Below are positions 53,223 to 62,067 of a stretch of DNA of 64,000 nucleotides, piece by piece. The position numbers and the translations under genes were made by a program. The stretch's first letter is position 1, and each line of letters begins with the position of its first letter. Source of the stretch: an uncultured Actinomycetes bacterium (GTDB lineage: Bacteria; Actinomycetota; UBA4738; HRBIN12); assembly GCA_963766935.1 (NCBI GenBank), contig CAVYBY010000002.1, positions 289,372 through 353,371 on the forward strand. Direction: 5' to 3'. The notes under the pieces are model-generated. The model made no database searches, had not been told where the DNA came from, and worked only from the letters and a program-made list of their open reading frames with translations.

Positions 53223-53638
53223 GGTTGCGGCTCGCCTCGGCGGCCGCCCTCTCGCTCGGCGCGGTGCTCGCAACGTCCGCCCCCGCCGCGTCGGCCGCCA
53301 CCGAGGCCGGAGCGACGGTCGTCCTGGTCCGGGGCTGGTCCCTGCCCGCGCTGCTGGCGGTGCCGTGCATCCGCGAGATGGCGGCCGGCGGCGGAGCGGG
53401 CCTGGTGGCGCCGGACGACACCGCGGCCGAGCTGCGCGCCCGCCTGGGAACCCCGGCGGGTCTCAGCGTCGTCGACGCGACCGGGTCGAACGCCGCGACC
53501 CTCGACGCCACGTGCCGGCAGCTCGCGCCCGGCGGGCTCGGCCTGGTGGTCGGCGTCGGTCCCGGCCCCGCGGGGAGCCGGCCGTGCCCGTGGTTGCCTC
53601 GTGGACGGGCGGGCGGGACGGTCCGCCGCGCGCGCTGA
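53219..53638 (+). CDS. Hypothetical secreted protein (Sec signal peptide), 139 aa
   Basis: GTGA overlap with murA. Signal peptide VRLRLASAAALSLGAVLATSAPAASA|AT. May be the N-terminal part of the next gene if a frameshift is present. Confidence 0.4.
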   Translation: MRLRLASAAALSLGAVLATSAPAASAATEAGATVVLVRGWSLPALLAVPCIREMAAGGGAGLVAPDDTAAELRARLGTPAGLSVVDATGSNAATLDATCRQLAPGGLGLVVGVGPGPAGSRPCPWLPRGRAGGTVRRAR

Positions 53639-54852
53639 CGTCGGACTCGACCCATCGAACCGGGGTGCTCATTCCCGACGACCTCGTTGCGACCGTCGAC
53701 GCCGCGCTCGACGTCCCCATCCCGTCCGGCGTCGCCGGGACCCCGGTCCACCCGGCGAACGCGCCGGCGCCGACCGACCTGTACCGGCGGTACCTGGAGC
53801 AGCGCCGGCTCGTGGTGCCGATCGGAGCGATCGCGACGCTCTACGTGGGATTGGCCGGTCTCGCCGGGGTTTGGGCGCTCCGAAGCCGCCGGGCGACGTC
53901 CTGGGGCTCGCGGCTCGCCGCCGGACTCGTCGTGAGCATCTTCCCGCTGTCGGTCGCGCTTCTTGAAGCCGGTCACCTGCCGAGGCTCTCGTACGCGACC
54001 GCCGTCCCGTTCATCGTTGCGGTGACCCTTGCGGGGTCGGTGCTCGGCGTCGCGCTCGCCCGGCGTTTCGGGCCCACCGCGGCGCTCGGCATCGTCGGAG
54101 TCCTGACATTCGGGACGATCGCGATCGAAACGATTGCCGGCTGGACCGCCGCCATCACGCCGCTGCTGGGAGGGGCACAGCTCGACGGGGGCCGGTTCTT
54201 CGGCATGCCCAATGTTGAGGTGGGGCTCGTGCTCGGCGCCACGATCGCCGTCGCGCAGGCGCTTCCGGACGCGCGGGCCGGCGTGGTGGTGGTGTTTTCC
54301 GCCGCGCTCATGGCCGGTCTCCCGTCGCTCGGGGCGAACATCGGCGCCGCGGTCACGCTGGCGGCGGCTTCGGGCATCTGGCTCGGTGTTTCGGAGCGAC
54401 GGCCGATCCGGGTGACGGCGCTGTTCGCTGCGGCCGGCGCGGCGGCCGGCGGGGTCGCCGTGTTCGCCGCGAACCGCCTCCTGGCCGCGCCCACGTACGT
54501 CACCCGGGCGATCGACGAGGCGAACGGACCCGCCGGCGTCGTCCGCCACTGGTTCGACCGGCTCGAGGTCGGCTTCGACCTGATCGCCCGGAATCCGTTC
54601 GCGCTGATCCCGGTCGTGGGGACGCTCGTGCTCGGGCTGGTCGCCCTGCGGCCTCCCGCGGCGATCCGCGCCGCCTTCGACCGCCACCGGGTCTGGCAGG
54701 ACGCGGTGGTCACGATCGCCGCGGGCTCGGTGGTCGCCTACTTCCTCAACGACTCCGGGGCCGCCGCCCTTGGGCTCGGCTTCGGCACCGGTCTCGGCTC
54801 GATGCTCTTCGTGTCGCTCGCGAGCACGGCGTGGAAGATGGAGGGCGAATGA
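53584..54852 (+). CDS. Hypothetical polytopic membrane protein (~10 TM)
   Basis: GTG preceded by GGGGAG. ~75 aa soluble N-terminus, then many hydrophobic helices. Overlaps the upstream ORF by 55 nt in another frame. Confidence 0.5.
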   Translation: MPVVASWTGGRDGPPRALTSDSTHRTGVLIPDDLVATVDAALDVPIPSGVAGTPVHPANAPAPTDLYRRYLEQRRLVVPIGAIATLYVGLAGLAGVWALRSRRATSWGSRLAAGLVVSIFPLSVALLEAGHLPRLSYATAVPFIVAVTLAGSVLGVALARRFGPTAALGIVGVLTFGTIAIETIAGWTAAITPLLGGAQLDGGRFFGMPNVEVGLVLGATIAVAQALPDARAGVVVVFSAALMAGLPSLGANIGAAVTLAAASGIWLGVSERRPIRVTALFAAAGAAAGGVAVFAANRLLAAPTYVTRAIDEANGPAGVVRHWFDRLEVGFDLIARNPFALIPVVGTLVLGLVALRPPAAIRAAFDRHRVWQDAVVTIAAGSVVAYFLNDSGAAALGLGFGTGLGSMLFVSLASTAWKMEGE

Positions 54853-55642
54853 GCCTTCCTCCTCGCCCCGATCTCGGATCCGTCGTCCCCCCGTCCCGGG
54901 GCTGCTCCCGGCCCAGGCTCCGGGGACGGCGACGTGGAGCTGGTGGGAGGTCCTGCTCGTCTACCTGGGCGCGTACTTCCTCGGCTCGATCGTCGGGGTG
55001 CCCCTGTACTTCGCGCTCCACGGCAGCTCGACGACGGGCCCCGCAGGGACCGCCGAGCTGGCGGTCTCGCTTCTGAGCGCCCTGGTCTCGGGCGGCGTGC
55101 TCATCGGGTGGATGCAGACCAAGCACCCCGGCTGGACCCGGGTCGTCGGATGGCCGTCGTGGTCAGAGGTGCCGAGGGAGCTCGCGATCGGCGCCCTGCT
55201 GGGGCTCGCCGTCCTGTTCGGCGCGAACATCGCGTCCCAGCTGCTGCTCGAGGTCTTCCGGAGCGCGGCCGGCCACTCCGTCGAGCTGCCCAGGCAGGTG
55301 AGCTCGAATCTGTCGACGGCCGGCGCCATCTTGTTCGCCGTCTACGCGATGCTCGTGGCCCCCGCCGTCGAGGAGCTGTTCTTCCGCGGTCTGCTGTTCC
55401 GATCGCTCCGTCGCCGTCACGGCGTCTGGATCGCCGCCCTCGGCTCGGCGATCCCGTTCGGCCTCGTCCACTACGTCGGAGGAGCGTGGACGAGCGCGGT
55501 GGCGTTGCAGCTCACCATGGTGGTGACGGGGATCGGTCTGGCCCTCGTGCACGAGCGGCGCGGCAACCTCCTGGCCAACATGGCGAGCCATGCGGCGTTC
55601 AACACCGTCGCGGTCGTCTGGATCCTCGCGCTCGGGCACTGA
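54849..55642 (+). CDS. CPBP family intramembrane glutamic endopeptidase (CAAX/Abi). The N-terminus needs a frame change at a C6 run (54887-54892) or a non-ATG start.
   Basis: Motifs EELFFRGLLF, FGLVHY and HAAFN in the 54770 frame. The only ATG (54849, ATGA overlap with the upstream stop) is in a different frame. Confidence 0.6.
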
Positions 55643-55694
55643 TCCCGGATCGCCGTCTCCCTGCGGGGCCGGTCGCCCGTATCCTGTGGCGCGA

Positions 55695-56114
55695 GTGCCC
55701 CAGTTCCCGAGCGACCCGTGGTTCCAGGCGCTGATCGAGCGGATCAACGCCTCCGAGCCCTACCGCGAGGCGGCGGCGACCTGGGAGGGCGACGTGGCGT
55801 TCCAGATCGAGGCCGAGCCCGGTCGAGGCCTGGCCGAGACCGCGTGGGGCTACCTCGATCTGTGGCACGGCGCCTGCCGCGGCGGCGGGGCGGTCACGGC
55901 CGAGGAGGGCGCTCGCGCGGCGTTCGTGATCCGCGCCTCGTACTCGCGGTGGCGCGACGTGCTTGCCGACGAGCTCGACCCGATCCGCGCGATGATGCAG
56001 GGCAAACTGAAGGTGCGTGGATCCCTCCCCACGATCCTTCGATACGTCCGCGCGGCCCTCGAGCTGCTTCGGTGCGCGCAGGAAGTCGAGACGACCTACG
56101 CGGACGAGGCGTAG
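55695..56114 (+). CDS. SCP2 sterol-binding domain protein
   Basis: SCP-2 signature MMQGKLKVRGSLP. GTG start. Confidence 0.75.
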   Translation: MPQFPSDPWFQALIERINASEPYREAAATWEGDVAFQIEAEPGRGLAETAWGYLDLWHGACRGGGAVTAEEGARAAFVIRASYSRWRDVLADELDPIRAMMQGKLKVRGSLPTILRYVRAALELLRCAQEVETTYADEA

Positions 56115-57194
56115 GTGCGCGCCGTCGTCTTCGCCGCGCCCGGCCGCGTCGAGGTCGCCGAAGTTCCCGACCCGCGCGTCCGCGAGCCGGGCGACGCGCT
56201 CGTCCGAGTGACCCGCTCGGCCATCTGCGGATCGGATCTTCATTTCTACCGCGGCGAACCGCCGCTCGAGCCGGGCGACGTGATGGGCCACGAGGCGGTG
56301 GGGGTGGTCGAGGCGGTCGGCGATGCGGTGAGGGACGTGTCGGCCGGCGACCGCGTCGGCGTCGCGTTCCATGTCGCGTGCGGCGCCTGCTGGTGGTGCG
56401 CGCGCGGCGAGACCGGGCTCTGCGACCGGTACCGAACGTTCGGGACCGGCGTCTACGGCCACGGCCTCGGCGGCGCGCAGGCCGAGCTCCTGCTCGTGCC
56501 CGGCGCCGATCTGAACCTGCTGCCGATCCCCGACGGCGTGGACGACGACCGCGCGATCTTCGTGACCGACGTGCTCGCGACCGCGCTGCACGCCGCCTCG
56601 GTCGTCGATCCGGCGCCCGGTGAGACCGTCGCGGTCGTCGGATGCGGGCCCGTGGGGCTCCTGCTGTGCGCGGCGCTCGCGGACACCGCCGGGCAGGTGC
56701 TGGCGCTGGACACGGTTGCCGACCGGCTGGCGCTGGCCGAGGGGTTCGGGGCGATCCCGGTCGACGCCGGAGCGCTCAACCCCGAGTCTGCCGTCGTGGA
56801 TCTGACCGGGGGGCGCGGGGCGGACGTGGTCGTCGACGCCGTCGGGACGCCGGCGGCGTTCGAGCGGGCCACCGAGCTCGTCCGGCGAGGCGGCCGTGTC
56901 GTCGTGGTCGGCATGTACACGGGTGAGGCCGTGGAGATCCAGCTGGGGTCGTTGTGGATCCGCGGGATCGAGATCCGATTCGCGGGGGTGTGTCCCGTGC
57001 ACACCGCGTGGGGCGAGGCGATGACGGCCGTCGAGTCCGGACGGATCGATCCCTCCCCGCTCGTCAGCCATCGTCTTCCGCTCGAGCGGGCCCCCGAGGG
57101 CTACGAGCGGTTTGCCCGCCGGGAGGCCGTCAAGGTCCTGCTTGCGCCCGGCGACGGGTGGGGCCCGGGTTCCGAGGGGGACGCGTCCGGGTGA
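56115..57194 (+). CDS. Zinc-dependent alcohol dehydrogenase (MDR family)
   Basis: GHEAVGVVEAVG. Structural zinc motif CGACWWC. Rossmann GCGPVG. Confidence 0.9.
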   Translation: MRAVVFAAPGRVEVAEVPDPRVREPGDALVRVTRSAICGSDLHFYRGEPPLEPGDVMGHEAVGVVEAVGDAVRDVSAGDRVGVAFHVACGACWWCARGETGLCDRYRTFGTGVYGHGLGGAQAELLLVPGADLNLLPIPDGVDDDRAIFVTDVLATALHAASVVDPAPGETVAVVGCGPVGLLLCAALADTAGQVLALDTVADRLALAEGFGAIPVDAGALNPESAVVDLTGGRGADVVVDAVGTPAAFERATELVRRGGRVVVVGMYTGEAVEIQLGSLWIRGIEIRFAGVCPVHTAWGEAMTAVESGRIDPSPLVSHRLPLERAPEGYERFARREAVKVLLAPGDGWGPGSEGDASG

Positions 57195-57353
57195 GCATCG
57201 GTGTGTCCGCCCCGCCCCGCCCCGACCGGCCCGCGCCGGACGGACCTCGCCGCCGCGTGCTTCCGGTCGCCGTGCTCGCGGCCGTCGTCGCGTTCGTCGC
57301 CCTCGGCGGCTACGGGGTGGCCGCGGTTCTGGAGACCCCGCAGGGCCGGCCCG

Positions 57354-57788
57354 ATGGGGTTCCCGGACATCGTGACGGTGAAACCGCTCTCGGGGTGGGC
57401 CGTCCAGCGCGAGCTCGACGACACGGGCTCGCCGTTCATCAGGCTCACGAGGGGCAACGGGACGCTCGACGTGCGCGTGACGCTCCGGGCCGAGGGACCG
57501 GCATCGCTCGCGCAGGAGTACGTCGACTCGCTCACCGGCGAGCTCTCCCGCGTTCGCGTCTCGGACCGGCTCGAGCGGGTCGAGCTGGCCGGCGGGGTCG
57601 TTGCCGTGCGGTTCCAGTACCTCGGCGTGCTCGGCGGTTCCGGCACCTCGGTCGAGGGGCAAGTGACGGCCGCGGTGACGGCCTCCGGAGACGGCGTCGT
57701 CTTCGACGGACGTGCCCCGCAGGGACTCCTGCCGTTCGTCCGTGGGGACCTGGACGCGATGATCGCCCGCGCGGTGGTCGGCCCATGA
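57354..57788 (+). CDS. Hypothetical protein (144 aa), possibly longer with an N-terminal TM anchor encoded from 57191 in another frame
   Basis: Coding bias. ATGA overlap with the downstream gene. The upstream alternate frame starting GTG 57191 encodes a TM-like segment VLPVAVLAAVVAFVALGGYGVAAV. Confidence 0.4.
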   Translation: MGFPDIVTVKPLSGWAVQRELDDTGSPFIRLTRGNGTLDVRVTLRAEGPASLAQEYVDSLTGELSRVRVSDRLERVELAGGVVAVRFQYLGVLGGSGTSVEGQVTAAVTASGDGVVFDGRAPQGLLPFVRGDLDAMIARAVVGP

Positions 57789-58984
57789 GGACCCGGCGGC
57801 CCGTGCGGGTCCACCACGGATCGCTCGTCCGGCTGCGTGAGCCGGCGTTTTGGCTCTGGGCGGGTCTCGTCGCCCTCGGCGGCGCCGAGATGATCGGACA
57901 ACAGCACCTGCTTCGCTCGATCGCGCCGGCGGGCTGGGCGCTCTCGTGGTTGCTTCTGCTCCTGTACGCGCTGCCGGTGCTGATCGTCGTCTACGTGCTC
58001 GATCTCTACGAGCGCGAACCGCTCTCGCTCGTCGCCGGCGCCCTGCTGTGGGGCGCGGCCGCCGCGACGAGCCTCGCGGCGCTCGGCAACGACGGCTGGG
58101 GTCTCGTCGTTGCGCGCGTCGGCGGCCCGGCGTTCGCCGCGCGGTGGACGGCGGCGCTCACCGCCCCGATCGTCGAGGAGGTGCTGAAGGGCGCCGGAGT
58201 CGTCCTCATCTATCTGATCGCCCGCGACGAGGTCGACGACGCCATGGACGGGTTCGTCTACGGAGCCGTGTGCGGGCTGGGGTTCGCGATCGTGGAGGAC
58301 GTCTTCTACTTCGTCGCGGTCTTCGGCGGAACCGTTCGCGGCGTCGTCATGGGGTTCTTCGTCCGTGTGATCGCCTCGGGCCTGTATTCGCACGTGCTGT
58401 ACACAGGACTCGTGGGCATGGGTGTCGGCATCCTCGTCTCGAAGCGGGGCGCGGTGCCGGTCTCGACGCGGCGAGCCCAGGCCGCCGGTCTGTTCGCGGT
58501 CGCCGTGGCCGGACACTTCCTGTGGGACTCGCCGCTGCTCAGCTTCTTCCCGTCGCAGCCCTGGACGGGAACCGACTGGCTTCTCGTCCCTATCGCGACG
58601 GCGGCCAAGGGGCTGCCTCTGCTGCTGTTCGTCGTCGTCGCGGTCCGGCTCGCGAGGCGCCGGGAGCGCCACTGGCTCGACCGCGTCCTGGATGCCGAGG
58701 TGCCGTTCGAGGCCATCGTGGAAGCCGAGATCGACGCGCTGCGAGAGCCCGGACGCCGCCGGTCCGCCCGCCGGGAGATGCGCCGCCGCGCCGGCGCGAA
58801 GGCGGCCGCGCTGCTCACGAGGCTCCAGCGCGAGCAGGTGAACCTCGCAATGATCCGATCGAAGGCGCTCACGGACGAGGACCCTGCGCTCCTGCGGCAG
58901 CGGGAGATCTGCCGGTCCCTGCGCGCGGCGCTCCAGGCGATGCCGGGGGCGGCGCCCGCCGAGCCGGGCGTGGCGGCGCGATGA
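57785..58984 (+). CDS. prsW: PrsW family intramembrane metalloprotease
   Basis: Multi-TM. EExxK motif (PIVEEVLKG), FxxxH (GHFLWD), and a conserved acidic motif. Long cytoplasmic Arg-rich tail. Confidence 0.75.
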   Translation: MRTRRPVRVHHGSLVRLREPAFWLWAGLVALGGAEMIGQQHLLRSIAPAGWALSWLLLLLYALPVLIVVYVLDLYEREPLSLVAGALLWGAAAATSLAALGNDGWGLVVARVGGPAFAARWTAALTAPIVEEVLKGAGVVLIYLIARDEVDDAMDGFVYGAVCGLGFAIVEDVFYFVAVFGGTVRGVVMGFFVRVIASGLYSHVLYTGLVGMGVGILVSKRGAVPVSTRRAQAAGLFAVAVAGHFLWDSPLLSFFPSQPWTGTDWLLVPIATAAKGLPLLLFVVVAVRLARRRERHWLDRVLDAEVPFEAIVEAEIDALREPGRRRSARREMRRRAGAKAAALLTRLQREQVNLAMIRSKALTDEDPALLRQREICRSLRAALQAMPGAAPAEPGVAAR

Positions 58985-59005
58985 GCGCCGGGGTGAGGTG
59001 AGCAC

Positions 59006-59983
59006 ATGACCGAGCACGTGAGAGATCTCGTGGACCAGGTGCTCGCCGGGGACCGGCGCGCCGTGGCGCGGGCGATCTCCCTCGTCGAGGACGGCGACCC
59101 GGGGCTGGAGGCGCTGTCGGCGGGCATCTTCTCGGCGACCGGTCGGGCGGCAACGATCGGTCTGACGGGCGCGCCGGGGGTCGGCAAGTCGACGCTCGCC
59201 GGCGCGCTCGTCGCGGTCGGGCGGGCCGAGGGTCTGCGGATGGCCGTGCTCGCGGTCGATCCCACCTCGCCGGTCACCGGCGGGGCGTTGCTCGGCGACC
59301 GCGTCAGGATGCAGGAGCACGCGACCGATCCCGGCGTGTTCATCCGGTCGATGGCGACGCGGGGGCATCTGGGGGGCATGGCGCTCGCCGCGCCCGAGGC
59401 CGTGCGCATCCTGGACGCCGCCGGCTACGAGCGCGTGATCGTCGAGACCGTCGGTGTCGGGCAGGCCGAGGTCGACGTCGCCGCGGCGACCGATACGGCG
59501 GTCGTCGTGCTCGCTCCGGGTCTGGGCGACGCCGTGCAGATGGCGAAGGCGGGGATCCTCGAGGTCGCCGACGTCTTCGCCGTCAACCAGGCCGATCGCG
59601 ACGGAGCCGCCGCGCTCGTCCGGGAGGTCCGGGAGATGCTGCACCTGGGGGAGCGGCGCGACCCCGAGCCGGTGATCGTCTCGACGACGGCCACGGAGGC
59701 CCCCGGCGAGTCGGGCGGAATCCCGGAGCTGTGGGCGGCCGTCGAGGCGCACCGCGCGCAGCAGGAAGCCTCCGGCGGGCTGGAGCTCCGGCGCCGGGCG
59801 CGGCTGCTGCAAGAGGTCGAGCGGCTTGCGGCGGAACGGTTCCGACTGGCGCTTGGGGAGGCCGCGGAGGCCGAACGGGCGGTCGGCGACGCCCTGGCGA
59901 GCGGCAGCCTCGATCCGTACGCGGCGGCCACGCGCCTCGTGGCCGAGGCGGTCCTGCGGGAGACGATCCGCGAGAAGCCCTAA
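59006..59983 (+). CDS. meaB: Methylmalonyl-CoA mutase-associated GTPase MeaB/ArgK
   Basis: G1 GAPGVGKST, ETVGVGQ, and NQAD G4 motif. Confidence 0.9.
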   Translation: MTEHVRDLVDQVLAGDRRAVARAISLVEDGDPGLEALSAGIFSATGRAATIGLTGAPGVGKSTLAGALVAVGRAEGLRMAVLAVDPTSPVTGGALLGDRVRMQEHATDPGVFIRSMATRGHLGGMALAAPEAVRILDAAGYERVIVETVGVGQAEVDVAAATDTAVVVLAPGLGDAVQMAKAGILEVADVFAVNQADRDGAAALVREVREMLHLGERRDPEPVIVSTTATEAPGESGGIPELWAAVEAHRAQQEASGGLELRRRARLLQEVERLAAERFRLALGEAAEAERAVGDALASGSLDPYAAATRLVAEAVLRETIREKP

Positions 59984-60006
59984 CTGCAACGAGCCGCAGC
60001 TGCAGT

Positions 60007-60019
60007 CTATTGCCAATAG
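60007..60019. promoter_or_regulatory. Perfect inverted repeat CTATTG-c-CAATAG, 28 nt upstream of cbiM/nikM ATG (candidate Fur/Nur-type operator)
   Basis: Palindrome read directly from the sequence. Also an adjacent GCAGCTGC palindrome. Confidence 0.3.
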
Positions 60020-60046
60020 CCGAGCCGCCTGCCTAGACTCCGCCCG

Positions 60047-61126
60047 ATGCACATCCCCGACGGCTATCTGAGTCCGGCGACGTGCGCGGCGTTCGGGGCG
60101 GCGATGGTGCCCGCCTGGTGGGCGGCGGTCCGCCGGGTCGGAAGGATCGTCAAGAGCCGGTTCGTGCCGCTTCTGGCCATGGGTGCGGCGTTCAGCTTCC
60201 TGATCATGATGTTCAACGTCCCGATCCCGGACGGGACCACGGCGCACGCGGTGGGCGCGGTGGTCATCGCGATCCTGCTCGGCCCCTGGGCCGCGACGAT
60301 CGCGGTCAGCATCGCGCTGCTGATCCAGGCGCTGTTCTTCGGCGACGGCGGGGTGCTCGCGTTCGGGGCCAACGCCTTCAACATGGCCTTCGTCATGCCG
60401 TTCGTCGGCTACGCCGTCTACAAGGCGCTGGCCGGACGGGCTCCGCTGACGTCGGGCCGCCGGGCGCTCGCGGCCGGCATCGGTGGGTACGTCGGGATCA
60501 ACGTGGCGGCCCTCGCCACGGCGATCGAGTTCGGCCTGCAGCCGGCGCTGTTTCACTCGGCGAACGGAACGCCGCTCTACGCGCCGTTTCACCTCAGCCA
60601 GACGATCCCCGCGATGATGCTGGCGCACCTGACGCTCGCCGGTCTCTGCGAGTTCGCCGTGACGGCCGGCATCGTCGCGTACCTTCAGCGGGCGAACCTG
60701 CCGGTCCTGCGCATCAATCACGGCGACGTGGCGCTGACGGAGGCCGAGCTCGAACGCCGGCCGAAGCTCGGCTGGACCTGGGCGTTCGCGCCCATCGTCG
60801 CCATGATCGCGCTCACGCCGCTCGGGCTGCTCGCCCGCGGAGGCGCATTCGGCGAGGACGCCCCGGCGAATCTGGATCTTGCGAAGTACCACCTCTCGGC
60901 CGTCCCGACCGGCCTTCAGCGGTTCAGCAGCTTCTGGAGCCACGCGCTGCTCGGGGGGTACGGCTTCGGAAGCGGTGACCATCCGGTGATCGGATACCTC
61001 GTGTCCGCGGTCGTCGGGATCCTCGTGATCGGGGTCATCGCCTTCGGCCTCGTGTGGCTGATCCGGATCGTCCAGGGCACTCGCGCCGCACCCGGCTCCG
61101 ACGACGCCAACCCGGCCGCCACGTGA
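60047..61126 (+). CDS. ECF-type Ni/Co transporter substrate-capture component, fused CbiM/NikM–CbiN/NikN
   Basis: N-terminal MHIPDGYLSP metal-binding signature. ~7 TM, plus a C-terminal extra two-TM module resembling the N component. Confidence 0.85.
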   Translation: MHIPDGYLSPATCAAFGAAMVPAWWAAVRRVGRIVKSRFVPLLAMGAAFSFLIMMFNVPIPDGTTAHAVGAVVIAILLGPWAATIAVSIALLIQALFFGDGGVLAFGANAFNMAFVMPFVGYAVYKALAGRAPLTSGRRALAAGIGGYVGINVAALATAIEFGLQPALFHSANGTPLYAPFHLSQTIPAMMLAHLTLAGLCEFAVTAGIVAYLQRANLPVLRINHGDVALTEAELERRPKLGWTWAFAPIVAMIALTPLGLLARGGAFGEDAPANLDLAKYHLSAVPTGLQRFSSFWSHALLGGYGFGSGDHPVIGYLVSAVVGILVIGVIAFGLVWLIRIVQGTRAAPGSDDANPAAT

Positions 61127-62067
61127 GCGAACACCCGCACCCGGCGCCGACCGCAACGCCGACCTGGCTCGTGCAAGGCGAGGTGGGGCTCTGTCCGTGC
61201 GGCTGCATCGGCAAGCGGAAGAAGGGGAGCTTCCTCGAGAAGACCATCGCGGGGGCGTCCAACGTCATGCGGAGCGCCATGTTCGGAGACGACGTGGCAT
61301 CGCTTCGCGGTTTGCTCCAGCGGATCGACCCGCGAGTCAAGCTCGTCTCGCTCGTCGGCCTGCTGATCGTGGCCGCGCTGGTGCGGAACATCCCGACGCT
61401 CCTCGCCATGTACGCGGCGACGCTCGTCCTCGCGGGGGCGTCCTCGCTGCCGATCGGCTTCTTCATCAAGCGCGTGTGGCTCTTCATCCCGATCTTCACC
61501 GGCGTGATCGTGCTGCCGGCGACGTTCAGCTTCATCACGCCCGGCCACCTCGTTCTCACCCTCTGGCACTGGAACGGGCACGGGGTGGGGCTCACCTCGC
61601 AGGGACTGACGACGGCCGGGCTCATCGTGATCCGTGTCGCGACGTCGGTCTCGCTCGTCGTCCTGATGACGCTGACGACGCCCTGGACCAAGCTGCTCGC
61701 CAGCCTGCGGGCGCTCATGGTTCCGAGGATCTTCATCCTCATCATCGGGATGGCGTACCGGTACGTCTTCGTTCTGCTCGAGAGCGTCGGGGAGATGTTC
61801 GTCGCGCGGAAGGCGCGCTCCGTCGGCAACGACCGGGGGGAGTGGCGGGCCGGCCAGCGGTTCGTGGCGGCCTCGGCCGGCGCACTGTTCGGAAAGGCGC
61901 ACGCGTTGTCCGAAGAGGTCCACATGGCGATGGTGGCCCGCGGCTATCGCGGAGACGCCAAGACGCTCGGCGGGTTCGTGATCGGCACGCGCGAGGTGGT
62001 GTTCGCGATCGGCTGCATCCTGGCCGCGATCGCGATCCTGGGCGGTGACCGGCTCCTTGGCCGATAG
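61123..62067 (+). CDS. ECF transporter transmembrane (T) component CbiQ/NikQ with Cys-rich N-terminal extension
   Basis: GTGA overlap. N-terminal GLCPCGCIGKRKKG, then a CbiQ-like 5-TM core. Confidence 0.8.
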   Translation: MSEHPHPAPTATPTWLVQGEVGLCPCGCIGKRKKGSFLEKTIAGASNVMRSAMFGDDVASLRGLLQRIDPRVKLVSLVGLLIVAALVRNIPTLLAMYAATLVLAGASSLPIGFFIKRVWLFIPIFTGVIVLPATFSFITPGHLVLTLWHWNGHGVGLTSQGLTTAGLIVIRVATSVSLVVLMTLTTPWTKLLASLRALMVPRIFILIIGMAYRYVFVLLESVGEMFVARKARSVGNDRGEWRAGQRFVAASAGALFGKAHALSEEVHMAMVARGYRGDAKTLGGFVIGTREVVFAIGCILAAIAILGGDRLLGR

